Origin: Myxococcota bacterium
GTDB lineage: Bacteria; Myxococcota_A; UBA9160; JAFDDA01
Assembly (NCBI GenBank): GCA_965228475.1
Contig: OZ245817.1
Coordinates: forward strand, 416,001 to 480,000
Direction of reading: 5' to 3'
Length of the DNA stretch: 64,000 nt
The notes below the pieces were generated by a model. The model had not been told where the DNA came from. It made no database searches and saw only the letters and a list, made by a program, of their open reading frames with translations. This document shows, one piece after another, positions 9,150 to 18,844 of the stretch. The translations under genes and the position numbers were made by a program. Numbering within the stretch: the stretch's first letter is position 1; every line of letters starts with the position of its first letter.

Positions 9150-9703
9150 CGGCAACGAACCCGACGCCCCGGCTGACGCTGGGCCACAGCACCCTGGCCG
9201 CGCGGGATCTCGACACGCTCTCGGCCTTCTACCGCGACGTGCTCGGTTTCCACGTCACGAACCGCGGGACCGTGCCCGGCGGCGCCGACGTCGCCTTCCT
9301 GTGTCAGGATCCGAGCGCGCACCATCAGATCGCCATGGTCGGCGGCGGGGAGCCGCCGAACCCGGCCTTCGTCATGGTCGACCACCTCGCCTTCCGGACG
9401 GGCACCCTCGACGACCTCCGCGCGATCCGCGCGAAGCTCGAAGCCGCCGGCGTGGAGGGCGTGCTCCCGATCTGCCATGGCAACGCCTGGTCGCTCTACT
9501 TCAACGATTGCGAGGGCAACGGCCTCGAGTGCTTCGTCGACACCCCGTTCCACGTCGCCCAACCCTTCGCCACCGGCTACGACCTCGACCAGACCGACGA
9601 AGAGATCCTCGAAGCCACCCGCAAGCTCGTCGAGTCCGAGCCCGAGTTCCAGCCGTTCTCCGAGTGGCGCGAGGCGTTCGCGAAGCGGTTGGCGGAGGGC
9701 TGA
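9146..9703 (+). CDS. VOC (glyoxalase/extradiol dioxygenase) family protein
   Basis: ATGA overlap with the monooxygenase. Motifs LGHSTL, FYRDVLGF, HHQIA, DHLAF and SLYFNDCEGNGLE. Confidence 0.85.
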   Translation: MTATNPTPRLTLGHSTLAARDLDTLSAFYRDVLGFHVTNRGTVPGGADVAFLCQDPSAHHQIAMVGGGEPPNPAFVMVDHLAFRTGTLDDLRAIRAKLEAAGVEGVLPICHGNAWSLYFNDCEGNGLECFVDTPFHVAQPFATGYDLDQTDEEILEATRKLVESEPEFQPFSEWREAFAKRLAEG

Positions 9704-9709
9704 CGGCGC

Positions 9710-11359
9710 ATGAAGTGGGCCGCCGGGACCCTCGCCGTGCTCGTCGTCCTCGGCGGGGTCGTGGCCGCGAACCTCGAGGAGATCGTGCTCGGGCTCGTCG
9801 GCTTCGCGATGGAGCGGCGGCTTCCGGTCGGGCCGAACCAGGACGTCGAGTGGGCCTCCGGGGCCGATCCGCTCGCACGCGGTCCGGGCGAGCGGCCGCC
9901 GAACGTCGTCCTGATCCTCGCCGACGATCTCGGTTGGAACGATCTCACGTTCGGGGGCGGCGGCGTCGCCGGGGGCACCGTCCCGACGCCGCACATCGAT
10001 TCGATCGCCGCCGAGGGCGTGAACTTCACCAACGGCTACGCGGCGAACGGGACCTGTGCACCCTCGCGCGCGGCACTGATGTCCGGCCGCTACGGAACGC
10101 GCTTCGGCTTCGAGTTCACGCCGACGCCGCCGGCGATGATGCAGCTCGTCTCCTTCCGGTCCCAGCCGCCCGGCCGCCTGCGTCCGATTCTCACGAACGA
10201 GGGCGTCGAAGGGATTCCCTACGAAGAGATGGGCATGCCCGCCTCCGAGATCACGATCGCGGAGCTCCTCGCCGCGCAGGGCTACCACACGGTGCACATC
10301 GGCAAGTGGCACCTCGGCCGCACCCAGGGCATGGCGCCGGAGGATCAGGGCTTCGCCGAGAGCCTGCTCATGGCGAGCGGCCTCTATCTCCCGGAGGACC
10401 ATCCCGATGTGGTCAACGCCAAGCAGGAGTTCGACCCGATCGACCGCTTCCTCTGGGCCGCGATGCGTTTCGCCGCGCAGTTCAACGGCGGGCCCGCCTT
10501 CGAGCCCGACGGCTATCTGACGGACTACTACACCCAGCAGGCGGTCGAGGTGATCGACGCCAACAAGGACCGGCCGTTCTTCTTGTACCTCGCCCACTGG
10601 GCGCCGCACACGCCGCTGCAGGCGACGCGCGAGGACTACGAGGCGCTCTCGCACATTCCACTCCACCGCGAGCGCGTCTACGCCGCGATGATCCGAAGCC
10701 TCGACCGCGGCGTCGGGCAGGTGCTCGAAGCGCTCGAGCGCAACGGGCTCGACGAGAACACGCTCGTGCTCTTCACCTCGGACAACGGCGGCGCGGGCTA
10801 CATCGGCCTGCCGGAGGTGAACCATCCCTTCCGCGGCTGGAAGATCACGCTCTTCGAAGGCGGCATCCACGTGCCGTTCTTCGCGAAGTGGCCCGCGCGG
10901 ATCGCGGCCGGGAGCGAGGTGAGCGCGCCCGTCCACCACTTCGACGTCTTCGCCACGGCCGCCGCCGCCGCGGGCGCGCCGCTGCCCACGGACCGCACGA
11001 TCGACGGCGTCGATCTCACGCCCTTCGCGGCTGGCGAGGCCAGCGGCGTTCCCCACGAGGCGCTCTTCTGGCGCAGCGGCGCATCGCAATCCGCGCTCGT
11101 CGGGGGATGGAAGCTCAACGTGAGCGACCCGCCCGGCCGGAGCTGGCTCTTCGATCTGCGAGCCGATCCGAACGAACGGCACGATCTCTCGGCCGAGCGC
11201 CCGGAGAAGCTGGCGGAGCTGCGGGCCGCCCTCGCCGCACACAACGCGGAGCAGGCCGAGCCCGCCTGGGCGAGCCGGATCTCCGCACCGGTGAACGTCG
11301 ACAAGGATCTCACCCAGCCCGACGCCCCGGACGACGAATACATCTACTGGTCGAACTGA
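9710..11359 (+). CDS. Formylglycine-dependent (Cys-type) sulfatase
   Basis: Motifs PNVVLILADDLG, CAPSRAALMSGRY, GKWHLG and FTSDNGG. Confidence 0.93.
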   Translation: MKWAAGTLAVLVVLGGVVAANLEEIVLGLVGFAMERRLPVGPNQDVEWASGADPLARGPGERPPNVVLILADDLGWNDLTFGGGGVAGGTVPTPHIDSIAAEGVNFTNGYAANGTCAPSRAALMSGRYGTRFGFEFTPTPPAMMQLVSFRSQPPGRLRPILTNEGVEGIPYEEMGMPASEITIAELLAAQGYHTVHIGKWHLGRTQGMAPEDQGFAESLLMASGLYLPEDHPDVVNAKQEFDPIDRFLWAAMRFAAQFNGGPAFEPDGYLTDYYTQQAVEVIDANKDRPFFLYLAHWAPHTPLQATREDYEALSHIPLHRERVYAAMIRSLDRGVGQVLEALERNGLDENTLVLFTSDNGGAGYIGLPEVNHPFRGWKITLFEGGIHVPFFAKWPARIAAGSEVSAPVHHFDVFATAAAAAGAPLPTDRTIDGVDLTPFAAGEASGVPHEALFWRSGASQSALVGGWKLNVSDPPGRSWLFDLRADPNERHDLSAERPEKLAELRAALAAHNAEQAEPAWASRISAPVNVDKDLTQPDAPDDEYIYWSN

Positions 11360-11373
11360 TTCTCGCCTGCCGC

Positions 11374-14300
11374 TCAGGCGCGCCCGCCGCCGGGTGCGAT
11401 GCGGGCCAGGCTGCCGTGCTGCTCCTTCAGGCCTTGCACGCGCCCGAGCACGTGGGGCATGCCGACCTCGCTGGCGAGGCGGTGCGCTTCGGCGAGGTGC
11501 CCTGCGGCCTCGCGGCGTGACTCCGGATCGCCGAAGCGCAGCAGCAGCTCGCCGAGGCCGGCCTCGACGTGCGCGAGGCTCGGGCGTGCACCGAGCTGCT
11601 CTTCGCGCTCGCGTGCGAACTCGAAGTGCCGCAGCCCCGGCTCGAATCGCTCGAGCACGATGGCGAGCTCGCCCAGGTAGCGCGAAGCGCAGCTCACGTA
11701 CGAGGTCGCCTGCCCGACCACCACGCTCTGGCGGGCGTAGGGGATGAGCGCGCGGTAGAGCACGTCCGCGGCGTCGCGGTCGCGCAGGCCGACGGCGACG
11801 TCGGAGAGCACGACGAGGGAGATCAGCCAGTTGATGTCCCGGCGGACGGCGGCGAGGTCGTTGCGAAGGCTCGCCTCGAGCCGGGCCCGCGCGGCGTCGG
11901 GTTCGCCCTTCAAGACGTGGATGTGGGCGAGGCCGTGACGCCAGGGCGATTCCGGATGACGCAGGGAGGCTTCGCGCACGAGCTCCTCGATCTCCGTCAC
12001 ACGGCCCTGGTCGCGTCGGAGGCCCCAGAGCTGGCAGAGGTACCAGATGGGCGCGAGCACGCCGCTCGTCTCGAGGCCGAGCGCGTAGCCACGCTCGATG
12101 GCCCGGTCGGCGCGGTCGAGCTCGCCGCGCAGGTGGAGGACCATCGCCTCGTGCATGGCGGCCCACCACTGGTGCTGCGGCTGGCGCAGCAGGTCGGCCT
12201 CGTGCCGATAGGTCTCGATCTCGACGAAGAGCCGGCCTGCGTCGCCCGCTTCCGTGAGGTCGTCGATCAGGGAGCCGCGGGCCGCGAGGCGCTCGAGGGG
12301 GTCGCCGAGCCGGTCGGATTCGATGAGGAGCTCTTCCACCAGGACGAGCCGCTCGTCCAGGTGGTCGGCGTCGAACACGGAGAAGTGTCGCCTGCGCAGG
12401 GCGAAGACGAGATCGGCGCGGTCGCCTTGCTCGCGGGCGAGCCGCACGGCTTCGAGGCTCAGCTCCCGAGCGCGTGCGCGGGTGCTGGCGAAGTAGAGCG
12501 CCTCCGAGAGCCGCGCCAGGAGGCGGATGCGCAAGGACGGCGAGCGGGCGCCGAGCGCTTCCAGGGCTTCCTCGAGCATGCCGATGCGCTTCGGGTCCGC
12601 ATCGAGGGCCTCTCCCTCGGCGCAGTAGCCGAGCGCCGCGCGAGCGAGGCCCTCGGCGTCGCCCAGGCTGCGGGCGAGGTCACGCGCGCGGAGCAGGATG
12701 GGCTTCGCATCTCCGTAGTCGGCGTAGCCGTTCAGCGCCTCGCCGAGATCGAGTAGCAGGGCGAGGCGCTGCGGCGGTTCGAGGGAAGCGCGGGGGCTCA
12801 CTTCGAGAGCACGGCGGTAGTGGGCCACGGCGTCCTCGAAGGCGAGAGCGTCCGAGGCGCGGGCGCCGGCCTGGATCGCGTAGTGGACCGCCTTCACCGC
12901 GTCCTCGGCCGCGGGGGCCAGGGCGTAGTGGCCGGCCAGCTCGGCGAAGCGCGCTTCTTCGACGGGGTCGACCGTTTCGATGGCGCGCGCCGTGCGCGCG
13001 TGGAGCGCCATGCGCTCGGCGGGGTCGAGCTGCTCGTAGAGCACCTCGGGGATCAAGCCGTGGCAGAACTCCCAGGCCGGCGTGTGATCCGCGAGCTGCG
13101 CAATGACGCCTGCCGCGACGGCCGGTGCCAGCCGTTCGGGCAACGCCTCGGGCGGCAACGACGTCACGTGGGCGAGCACCGCGAGTTCGAACTGCAGCCC
13201 CGTGGCCGATGCGGCGGTGAGGAGGCGGAGCGTTTCTTCGGGCAACGCTTCGAGGTGAAGGCCGATGGCCTCCCGGGTGCTCGCCGGCAACGCACTCGCC
13301 GGGCCGAAGGCCGCGCCGCTCGCCACGAGCTGGGTCAGGAAGAACGGGTTGCCGCCGCTTCGGCGGTGCAGCGCGTCGCTGAGCTCGGGCCCGGCGTGGC
13401 GCCCCGTCCGGAGCTCGAGGTATCGGCCGACGTCGGAGGGAGCGAGCCCTTCGAGCGTCTGGATGCGGACGCTCGGGCAGCGGCCGAGCGCGCCCAGCAC
13501 GCGCGCGCGCTGCGGGTCGGCGCGCAGCTCGGCCTCGCGGCTCGTCGCGACGATCCAGACGCGCGCCTCCTCGATCTCGCGCGCGAGGAAGTCGAGCAGC
13601 AGGAGGGAAGGCAGGTCCGCGAGATGGAGATCGTCGAGCAGGATCGCGAGCGGCTGCCGGGCGGCTGCGGCGCGCAGGGCGTGGGCCAGGGCGTCGAAGA
13701 GGAGGAAGCGTTCGCCCTCCGGGCTGGCCGCGCTGGCCGGCGTCGCGCCGCTCGGCTCCGGGAGGAGCGAGGCGAGCTCGGGCATGGCATCGGCGACGAG
13801 GCTCGCGCGGTCGGCGGGTACCTCGAGCCGTTCGAGTGCGCCGAGGGCCCGCGTCCAGGGCCAGTAGGCCGGGGCCATGCCTTCCCCCGAGCAGCGCCCC
13901 GCGAGGGTGCGGGCGCCCCGTGCGGGGAGGCGCTTCAGCAGTTCCTGGGCGGTCCGCGTCTTCCCGATGCCGGCCTCGCCGGTGAGGATCAGGACCCGCC
14001 CGGTGCCGGCCTGGGCGGAGTCGGCGTCCGCCAGGGCAGCGCGCACCACGGCGTCGCGCCCCACGAACGGGTCCGCCACGGTCTCCCGCGGCTCCGCTTC
14101 GCCGAAGCGCGCTTCGGCGACGAATCGGTAGCCGCGCCCGCGCACCGTCTGCACCACGGCCTGGGCGGTGCCGTCGTCGCCCACCGCCTTGCGGACTTGT
14201 TTGACGGCCTGGGTCAGCGCGGACTCGCTCACCACCGAGCCCGACCACACCGCCTGGAAGAGCTCGCCCTTCTCGACCACGCGGTCCGCGTTCTCGATCA

Positions 14301-14412
14301 GAAAGCGCAGCAGGTCCATGGCGCGGCGCTGGAGCGCCACGGCCTCACCGCCCCGGCGAAGCTCCATGGCCTCGAGGTCGAACTCGACGTCGGCGAAGCG
14401 GACGACGCTCAC
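11374..14412 (-). CDS. Winged-helix (OmpR-type) + AAA/STAND ATPase + TPR transcriptional regulator
   Basis: N-terminal wHTH ending TVRGRGYRF. Walker A GEAGIGKT, Walker B ILLDDLH, and GGNPFF. Confidence 0.88.
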   Translation of the reverse strand: MSVVRFADVEFDLEAMELRRGGEAVALQRRAMDLLRFLIENADRVVEKGELFQAVWSGSVVSESALTQAVKQVRKAVGDDGTAQAVVQTVRGRGYRFVAEARFGEAEPRETVADPFVGRDAVVRAALADADSAQAGTGRVLILTGEAGIGKTRTAQELLKRLPARGARTLAGRCSGEGMAPAYWPWTRALGALERLEVPADRASLVADAMPELASLLPEPSGATPASAASPEGERFLLFDALAHALRAAAARQPLAILLDDLHLADLPSLLLLDFLAREIEEARVWIVATSREAELRADPQRARVLGALGRCPSVRIQTLEGLAPSDVGRYLELRTGRHAGPELSDALHRRSGGNPFFLTQLVASGAAFGPASALPASTREAIGLHLEALPEETLRLLTAASATGLQFELAVLAHVTSLPPEALPERLAPAVAAGVIAQLADHTPAWEFCHGLIPEVLYEQLDPAERMALHARTARAIETVDPVEEARFAELAGHYALAPAAEDAVKAVHYAIQAGARASDALAFEDAVAHYRRALEVSPRASLEPPQRLALLLDLGEALNGYADYGDAKPILLRARDLARSLGDAEGLARAALGYCAEGEALDADPKRIGMLEEALEALGARSPSLRIRLLARLSEALYFASTRARARELSLEAVRLAREQGDRADLVFALRRRHFSVFDADHLDERLVLVEELLIESDRLGDPLERLAARGSLIDDLTEAGDAGRLFVEIETYRHEADLLRQPQHQWWAAMHEAMVLHLRGELDRADRAIERGYALGLETSGVLAPIWYLCQLWGLRRDQGRVTEIEELVREASLRHPESPWRHGLAHIHVLKGEPDAARARLEASLRNDLAAVRRDINWLISLVVLSDVAVGLRDRDAADVLYRALIPYARQSVVVGQATSYVSCASRYLGELAIVLERFEPGLRHFEFAREREEQLGARPSLAHVEAGLGELLLRFGDPESRREAAGHLAEAHRLASEVGMPHVLGRVQGLKEQHGSLARIAPGGGRA

Positions 14413-14461
14413 GTGGCGGGGCTCCCATCGGAACAGGGTACGACGGATCGGTGCCGGTGCG

Positions 14462-16135
14462 TCAGTCTTCGATGCACCAGACCTGCGAGTTGGCGTTGCA
14501 GCTCGTGTGGTTCCGGTCGAAGATCGGGAAGCTCGGGTCCTCGAACCATCGAGGATTGAACGATGCTCTGCTCCCGTAGTCAGTGGAGGCGTCGCTCGAC
14601 CAGTTCACGCAATTGGACCGGCCCGGTTGGTCGGGCAGGTTCCAGGGTTGGAAGCCGGTGCGGATCCAACCGGCCGCGGTCGCAGGAGGCCCGCTTCCGG
14701 AGTCGGGCACCTGGAACCCCCTCGAGAGGTCGTACTCGAGGTTGGACGGGTACGTGAGCTCGTAGAGGGAGGCCATGTGGAACCCCTCGTCGCAAGCCGT
14801 CAGGGCGAGATCGGCTCCCGCGACCGTATCCGCGGTCAGGTAGTAGCGCTTGCGCAGCACGGGCCGGCAGCGGCCATCGTCGCAGCGGTTGCCGCCGCCC
14901 TCGGTGATCCCGGCGGTGAAGGTCTGGTTGCCGACGAAGCTCACCTGGTTGTCGCGCGTGACGACGCGCTCCGCGCCCGCGCGCCGCGTGATGCCGTCGC
15001 CGCCGACCTCCCAGATCTGCACGCCCGCGACGACGGAGTCCGAGTCGACGGTGATCGCGTTGGTGCTGACGTCGGAGACGCGCACGTCTTCCACGCGCCC
15101 GAACTCGGCCAGGTCGATCCCGTTGCCGACGATGCCGTGCACGCCCCCGTTGCGGACGGTCGTGCCCTCGGCCTGGCTGATGATCGCGACACCGAAGCCG
15201 ATCTGATTGCAGGAGACGTTGCCGCCCACGGCCGTGCAGTCGTTCAGACCCCGCACGTTGTAGCCCCCGAGGTCGATCGTCGTGAACGGGGCGTTCACCG
15301 TGATGGCGATCGGGTCCGCGAGGCCGAGGATCAGGTTGCTCGTGAGCTGGTAGCTCCCGGAGGAGAGGGCGGAGATCTCGACGGGGAAGCCCGGTGCGTC
15401 GCCCGGGAAGCAGCCGGCGATCGCGCAGGCCTGGTCGATGCGCCGCGGCCCGGGGATCTCGGGCTCGGGGACGGGCGGAACCGTCGTGCAGACCGCCCCG
15501 TCGCAGAGGTTGCCGTCCGCCTGGGTCACCGCTCCGTCGATGGGCTCGTCGCCCGCCTGGCTCACGTGGTTGCCCGCGGCGAGGACGCGCACGGCCGACG
15601 CGGCGCCCGTGATGCCGTCGCCGCCCACCTCCCAGACGCGGCTGTTGCGGACGGTCGAGTCCGAGCCCACCTGGATGCCGTCGCCGGAGGCGTCCGTCAC
15701 GCGCACGGACTCGACGTTCGCGTGGTCGATCAGCGCGATCCCGTGGCTGCCCACACCGTGCACGCCGCCGTTGCGCACCGTGGTGCCGGTCGCGCGGCTC
15801 ACGATCCCGATCGTCGCGTTCTGCACGTCACAGCGGACCGCGCCGGCGGTTCCGCTGCAGTCGTTCAGGCCGAGGATGTTGAACCCGTTCAGGTCGATCG
15901 TCACGAAGGGTGCGTCGACCTGGATGGCGCCCGGGTCGCCGGTGCCGAGCACGAGGTTGCTCGTGAGCCGGTAGCTCCCCGAGGAGAGGGCGCCGATCTC
16001 GACCGGGAAGCCCGGCCGGTCGCTCGGGAAGCAGCCCACGGCGACGCAGGACTGGTGGATCTCGCGGACGCCGTCGACGGCCCGGGCCGGTTGAGGGAGG
16101 AAGAGCAGCAGGCAGGCGAGAGCGATCCAGGGCAT
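14462..16135 (-). CDS. Secreted protein with two tandem beta-helix-like modules and a Cys-containing C-terminal domain
   Basis: Signal peptide MPWIALACLLLFLPQPARA. Duplicated module GCFPxDxPGFPVEIxALSSGSYxLTSNL. Ends VWCIED. Confidence 0.75.
   Translation of the reverse strand: MPWIALACLLLFLPQPARAVDGVREIHQSCVAVGCFPSDRPGFPVEIGALSSGSYRLTSNLVLGTGDPGAIQVDAPFVTIDLNGFNILGLNDCSGTAGAVRCDVQNATIGIVSRATGTTVRNGGVHGVGSHGIALIDHANVESVRVTDASGDGIQVGSDSTVRNSRVWEVGGDGITGAASAVRVLAAGNHVSQAGDEPIDGAVTQADGNLCDGAVCTTVPPVPEPEIPGPRRIDQACAIAGCFPGDAPGFPVEISALSSGSYQLTSNLILGLADPIAITVNAPFTTIDLGGYNVRGLNDCTAVGGNVSCNQIGFGVAIISQAEGTTVRNGGVHGIVGNGIDLAEFGRVEDVRVSDVSTNAITVDSDSVVAGVQIWEVGGDGITRRAGAERVVTRDNQVSFVGNQTFTAGITEGGGNRCDDGRCRPVLRKRYYLTADTVAGADLALTACDEGFHMASLYELTYPSNLEYDLSRGFQVPDSGSGPPATAAGWIRTGFQPWNLPDQPGRSNCVNWSSDASTDYGSRASFNPRWFEDPSFPIFDRNHTSCNANSQVWCIED
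14860..16075 (-). repeat. Intragenic tandem duplication, two copies of about 600 bp
   Basis: Near-identical nucleotide segments, e.g. AGGTTGCTCGTGAGC.GGTAGCTCCC.GAGGAGAGGGC at about 15333 and about 15954. Boundaries are approximate. Confidence 0.75.
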
Positions 16136-16403
16136 GGGCGGCTCCGGGCTGGGCCGCACCGCCCCCCAGGGCAAGCTCGGGCGCGGCCGGTTTCCAGCAC
16201 GCTACGGCTCACGCTCCTGAGCTGCGTGAGTTCTCCGTGATCTCGGGGCTCGGACTCCACGGGACGCCGCGCCCGCTCGCCTCCGCCCGCCCGGAAAACG
16301 CCAAGGGCCGCGGCTTTCCTGACATTTCGCCGTGTCGGCTGCCACGCGCCGCCCGCCCGGGCCCACAGACCCTTTCGAAGCCCACCCTTCGAAGGAGGCC
16401 GCC

Positions 16404-17267
16404 GTGCTCGCTCACCCCCCGCTTCGCTCGCTGTTCCGCTCGCTTCTGGTCCTGGTCTGCCTCACCGTGCCTTTCCTGGCCCAGCCGGCATCCGCCTATT
16501 TCATTCGGCCCTTCATCACCTTCGGCCCCGGCCAGACCACCGACGGCCTGATCGTCGACGGCGCCACCTCGAGCGGCGTCCAGTTCAACGACGCGGCGCG
16601 CTCGGCGCGCTCCTTCGTGGATCTCGAGACCGGCGAGATGGCCCTCTACGCCGAGGGCAGCGGCTCCACCGTCTCGAGCTCCGGCCAGGGCGTCATGGGC
16701 GACACGCTGAACTTCCAGAACGGCATGGGAACCGAGGTGTTCTTCGGCTTCGAGCTCGAGGCCCTGATCGACGTCGAGGTGCTCGCGGACACGCCGGGGC
16801 GCAATTCCTTCGTCTCCTGGTTCGTCGCCATCGCGGTGTTCGAGGCCGGCCTGGTCGACCACACGAACTTCTTCGGCAACGCCCAGCAGGACGACCCCGA
16901 GGACATCGCCCCGCTCTTCTACGCCGAGGACGGCGGCGACTTCAACAACCCCTCCGAGGACATCTTCGGCGCCGACGTCTTCGCCTCCGTCGACGGGTCC
17001 ATCCTCCTCGAGAGCAACAACGAGACCGTGGACGTCTTCTACCTCGCCCGCCTCTCCGGCATCTCGAACGAAGAGCTGAACTTCTACCTGCTGGACGGCG
17101 AGAACACCGCGGCCGCGTTCGTCGACGTCGACCCGGGCGTGGAGGTCGGCTCCGGCTCCGGCGTCTTCCTCGGCTTCCCGCACATCGTCCCGGAGCCCGG
17201 CCCGGCCGCACTGCTCGCGGGCGCCTGGCTGTTGGCGTTCGGGCTGGGGCGCCGCGGCGGGCGCTAG
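16404..17267 (+). CDS. PEP-CTERM sorting-domain surface protein
   Basis: GTG after AAGGAGG. Signal peptide, acidic body, tail IVPEPGPAALLAGAWLLAFGLGRRGGR. Confidence 0.82.
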   Translation: MLAHPPLRSLFRSLLVLVCLTVPFLAQPASAYFIRPFITFGPGQTTDGLIVDGATSSGVQFNDAARSARSFVDLETGEMALYAEGSGSTVSSSGQGVMGDTLNFQNGMGTEVFFGFELEALIDVEVLADTPGRNSFVSWFVAIAVFEAGLVDHTNFFGNAQQDDPEDIAPLFYAEDGGDFNNPSEDIFGADVFASVDGSILLESNNETVDVFYLARLSGISNEELNFYLLDGENTAAAFVDVDPGVEVGSGSGVFLGFPHIVPEPGPAALLAGAWLLAFGLGRRGGR

Positions 17268-18742
17268 CGCGAGATCGCCGGGTCGACCGCGATCTGTTTC
17301 GCGACCAGCGCGTTCAGCATCTGCTGGAAGACCTGGGCATCCTGGTTGACGTCGCTTCCGCTCGAGGCACCGATCACCGTCGCCGGGACGTTCCGCTTGG
17401 CGTAGGCCTCGGCCCAGGCCCCGTGCACCTCGACCAGCGCATCGAGCTTCGGCTGGAGCGCATCGTCCGCTTCGATGGCCTTGCGGCGCTTGTAGGCGTC
17501 GGCGTCGGCGATGGTCTTGATGCGCGTGGCTTCGAGGCTCGCGGTCTGGACACGGATCTCCTCGGCCTGCTTCTCGAGGTCCGCCTGCTCGAGTTCCTTC
17601 TGGCGCGCGATCACGGCGATCTTCTTCTCGGTCTCGGCGGCGATCGTCTGCTGGGTTTGTTTGGCGGTCTCGGCCGCGCGGTTCTCCGCAACCTTCTTCT
17701 GGCCCTCGGCTTCGGCGGCCTCGGCCTCGAGCAGCGAAGCCCTGCGCAGGTTCTCGGCCAGGGCGGCGCGCGCCTCCGCGTCGCGCTGCTTGGCGATCAG
17801 ATCGCGGACCTTCTTCTCCGGGTTCACGTAGGTGATGCGGGCCGTCACGATGTCGAGCTGGTAGCGCTCGACGTCCGGGAGGCCGAGGCGCACGATCGCT
17901 CCGCTCGCGTCGCGCTGGATCTCGACCGTTTCGATGATGGTTCGCCCCTGCGGGTCGATGCGTACGCGCCCTGCGAAGGACTGTGCGCCCTCCACCTGCA
18001 TTCCCGTCGAGCCGGGTTCTTCGGGGGTGGCTCGCTCGACGATCTCTTCGCGCACGGCAGTCCGGTAGAGGCCCGCTCGGAGCTGATCCGCGAAGTAGTC
18101 CTCGAAGTCGCTCCCGCGCTTGGTGATGTACTCCTGGATGGACATGAGGCGAGCGGACGCCAGCGCCGAAGCGCGAAAGGAGCTTCGCAGGACGTTGTCG
18201 ACCAGGGCCTCGTCGCTCCCGAACTCCCGGTGGATCCGCAGCATGCCCGTTTCGTCGAGCGGGAGCGCAACGCGAATGACGCCGTAGACCCTCGCCTTGG
18301 CCGCATCGTTGAAGCGCACCACCGGCGGGTGGATCGATCCCGTGACGGTCGTCCCGCTCCCGCGGTCTTCGACGGCCATCGTGCTGGCGTCGTCGGACTC
18401 CTCACGTCCCTGGTCCACGCGCTCCGAGACGAAAGCCGGGGTTGCGACGGCGACCACGCGATCATACTCGTAGACCCGGCCGAAGAGCTTGTTCGTGATT
18501 CCGGGTTCGGCCACGACGAGCAGGCGGCCGGTCGGCCACTGGACGACGTAGATCTTGTCGGCGTTCGCGATGAAGAACATGCCCGTGAGCATCACGTACC
18601 CGGCTATGGCGAACAGCATCGACGCGAGCAGGACGGACACGTAGGTCTTGCCCTCGGCCGTCTGGATGAAGCGGAACGGCTTGAACCAGATGAGCCCCAG
18701 GCCGATGAACACCGCGAGCGCGGAAACCATCAACGAACCCAT
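17264..18742 (-). CDS. SPFH/Band-7 (flotillin-like) membrane protein
   Basis: Two N-terminal TM helices, SPFH-like core (VVRFNDAAKA..G.IRV.LP) and a long Ala/Glu coiled coil. Confidence 0.7.
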   Translation of the reverse strand: MGSLMVSALAVFIGLGLIWFKPFRFIQTAEGKTYVSVLLASMLFAIAGYVMLTGMFFIANADKIYVVQWPTGRLLVVAEPGITNKLFGRVYEYDRVVAVATPAFVSERVDQGREESDDASTMAVEDRGSGTTVTGSIHPPVVRFNDAAKARVYGVIRVALPLDETGMLRIHREFGSDEALVDNVLRSSFRASALASARLMSIQEYITKRGSDFEDYFADQLRAGLYRTAVREEIVERATPEEPGSTGMQVEGAQSFAGRVRIDPQGRTIIETVEIQRDASGAIVRLGLPDVERYQLDIVTARITYVNPEKKVRDLIAKQRDAEARAALAENLRRASLLEAEAAEAEGQKKVAENRAAETAKQTQQTIAAETEKKIAVIARQKELEQADLEKQAEEIRVQTASLEATRIKTIADADAYKRRKAIEADDALQPKLDALVEVHGAWAEAYAKRNVPATVIGASSGSDVNQDAQVFQQMLNALVAKQIAVDPAISR

Positions 18743-18844
18743 GTGTCCCTCCCTACGGTTTCGCGCGATTCTACGCTCGCGCCGCCGCGGGGTGGGACTT
18801 TCCTTCGAGGCCGCTACGACGCGAGGCGACGCGCTCGGGCAGCG

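Noticed and set aside
5789..12169. Very long alternative-frame ORFs (e.g. 5789-9703, 8987-12169; likewise 43558-46881 and 56878-59898)
   Set aside because: These are Arg/Pro/Ala-rich or antisense shadows of real genes, expected at this GC content. Only the 3' part of 5789-9703 (the VOC gene) is real.
14462..14850. Diversity-generating retroelement target (CLec-like C-terminus)
   Set aside because: No reverse transcriptase and no adenine-variant template repeat were seen in the window.
15461..15472. Internal VPEP as a PEP-CTERM signal
   Set aside because: It is a mid-protein Pro-rich linker with no TM helix or basic tail after it.
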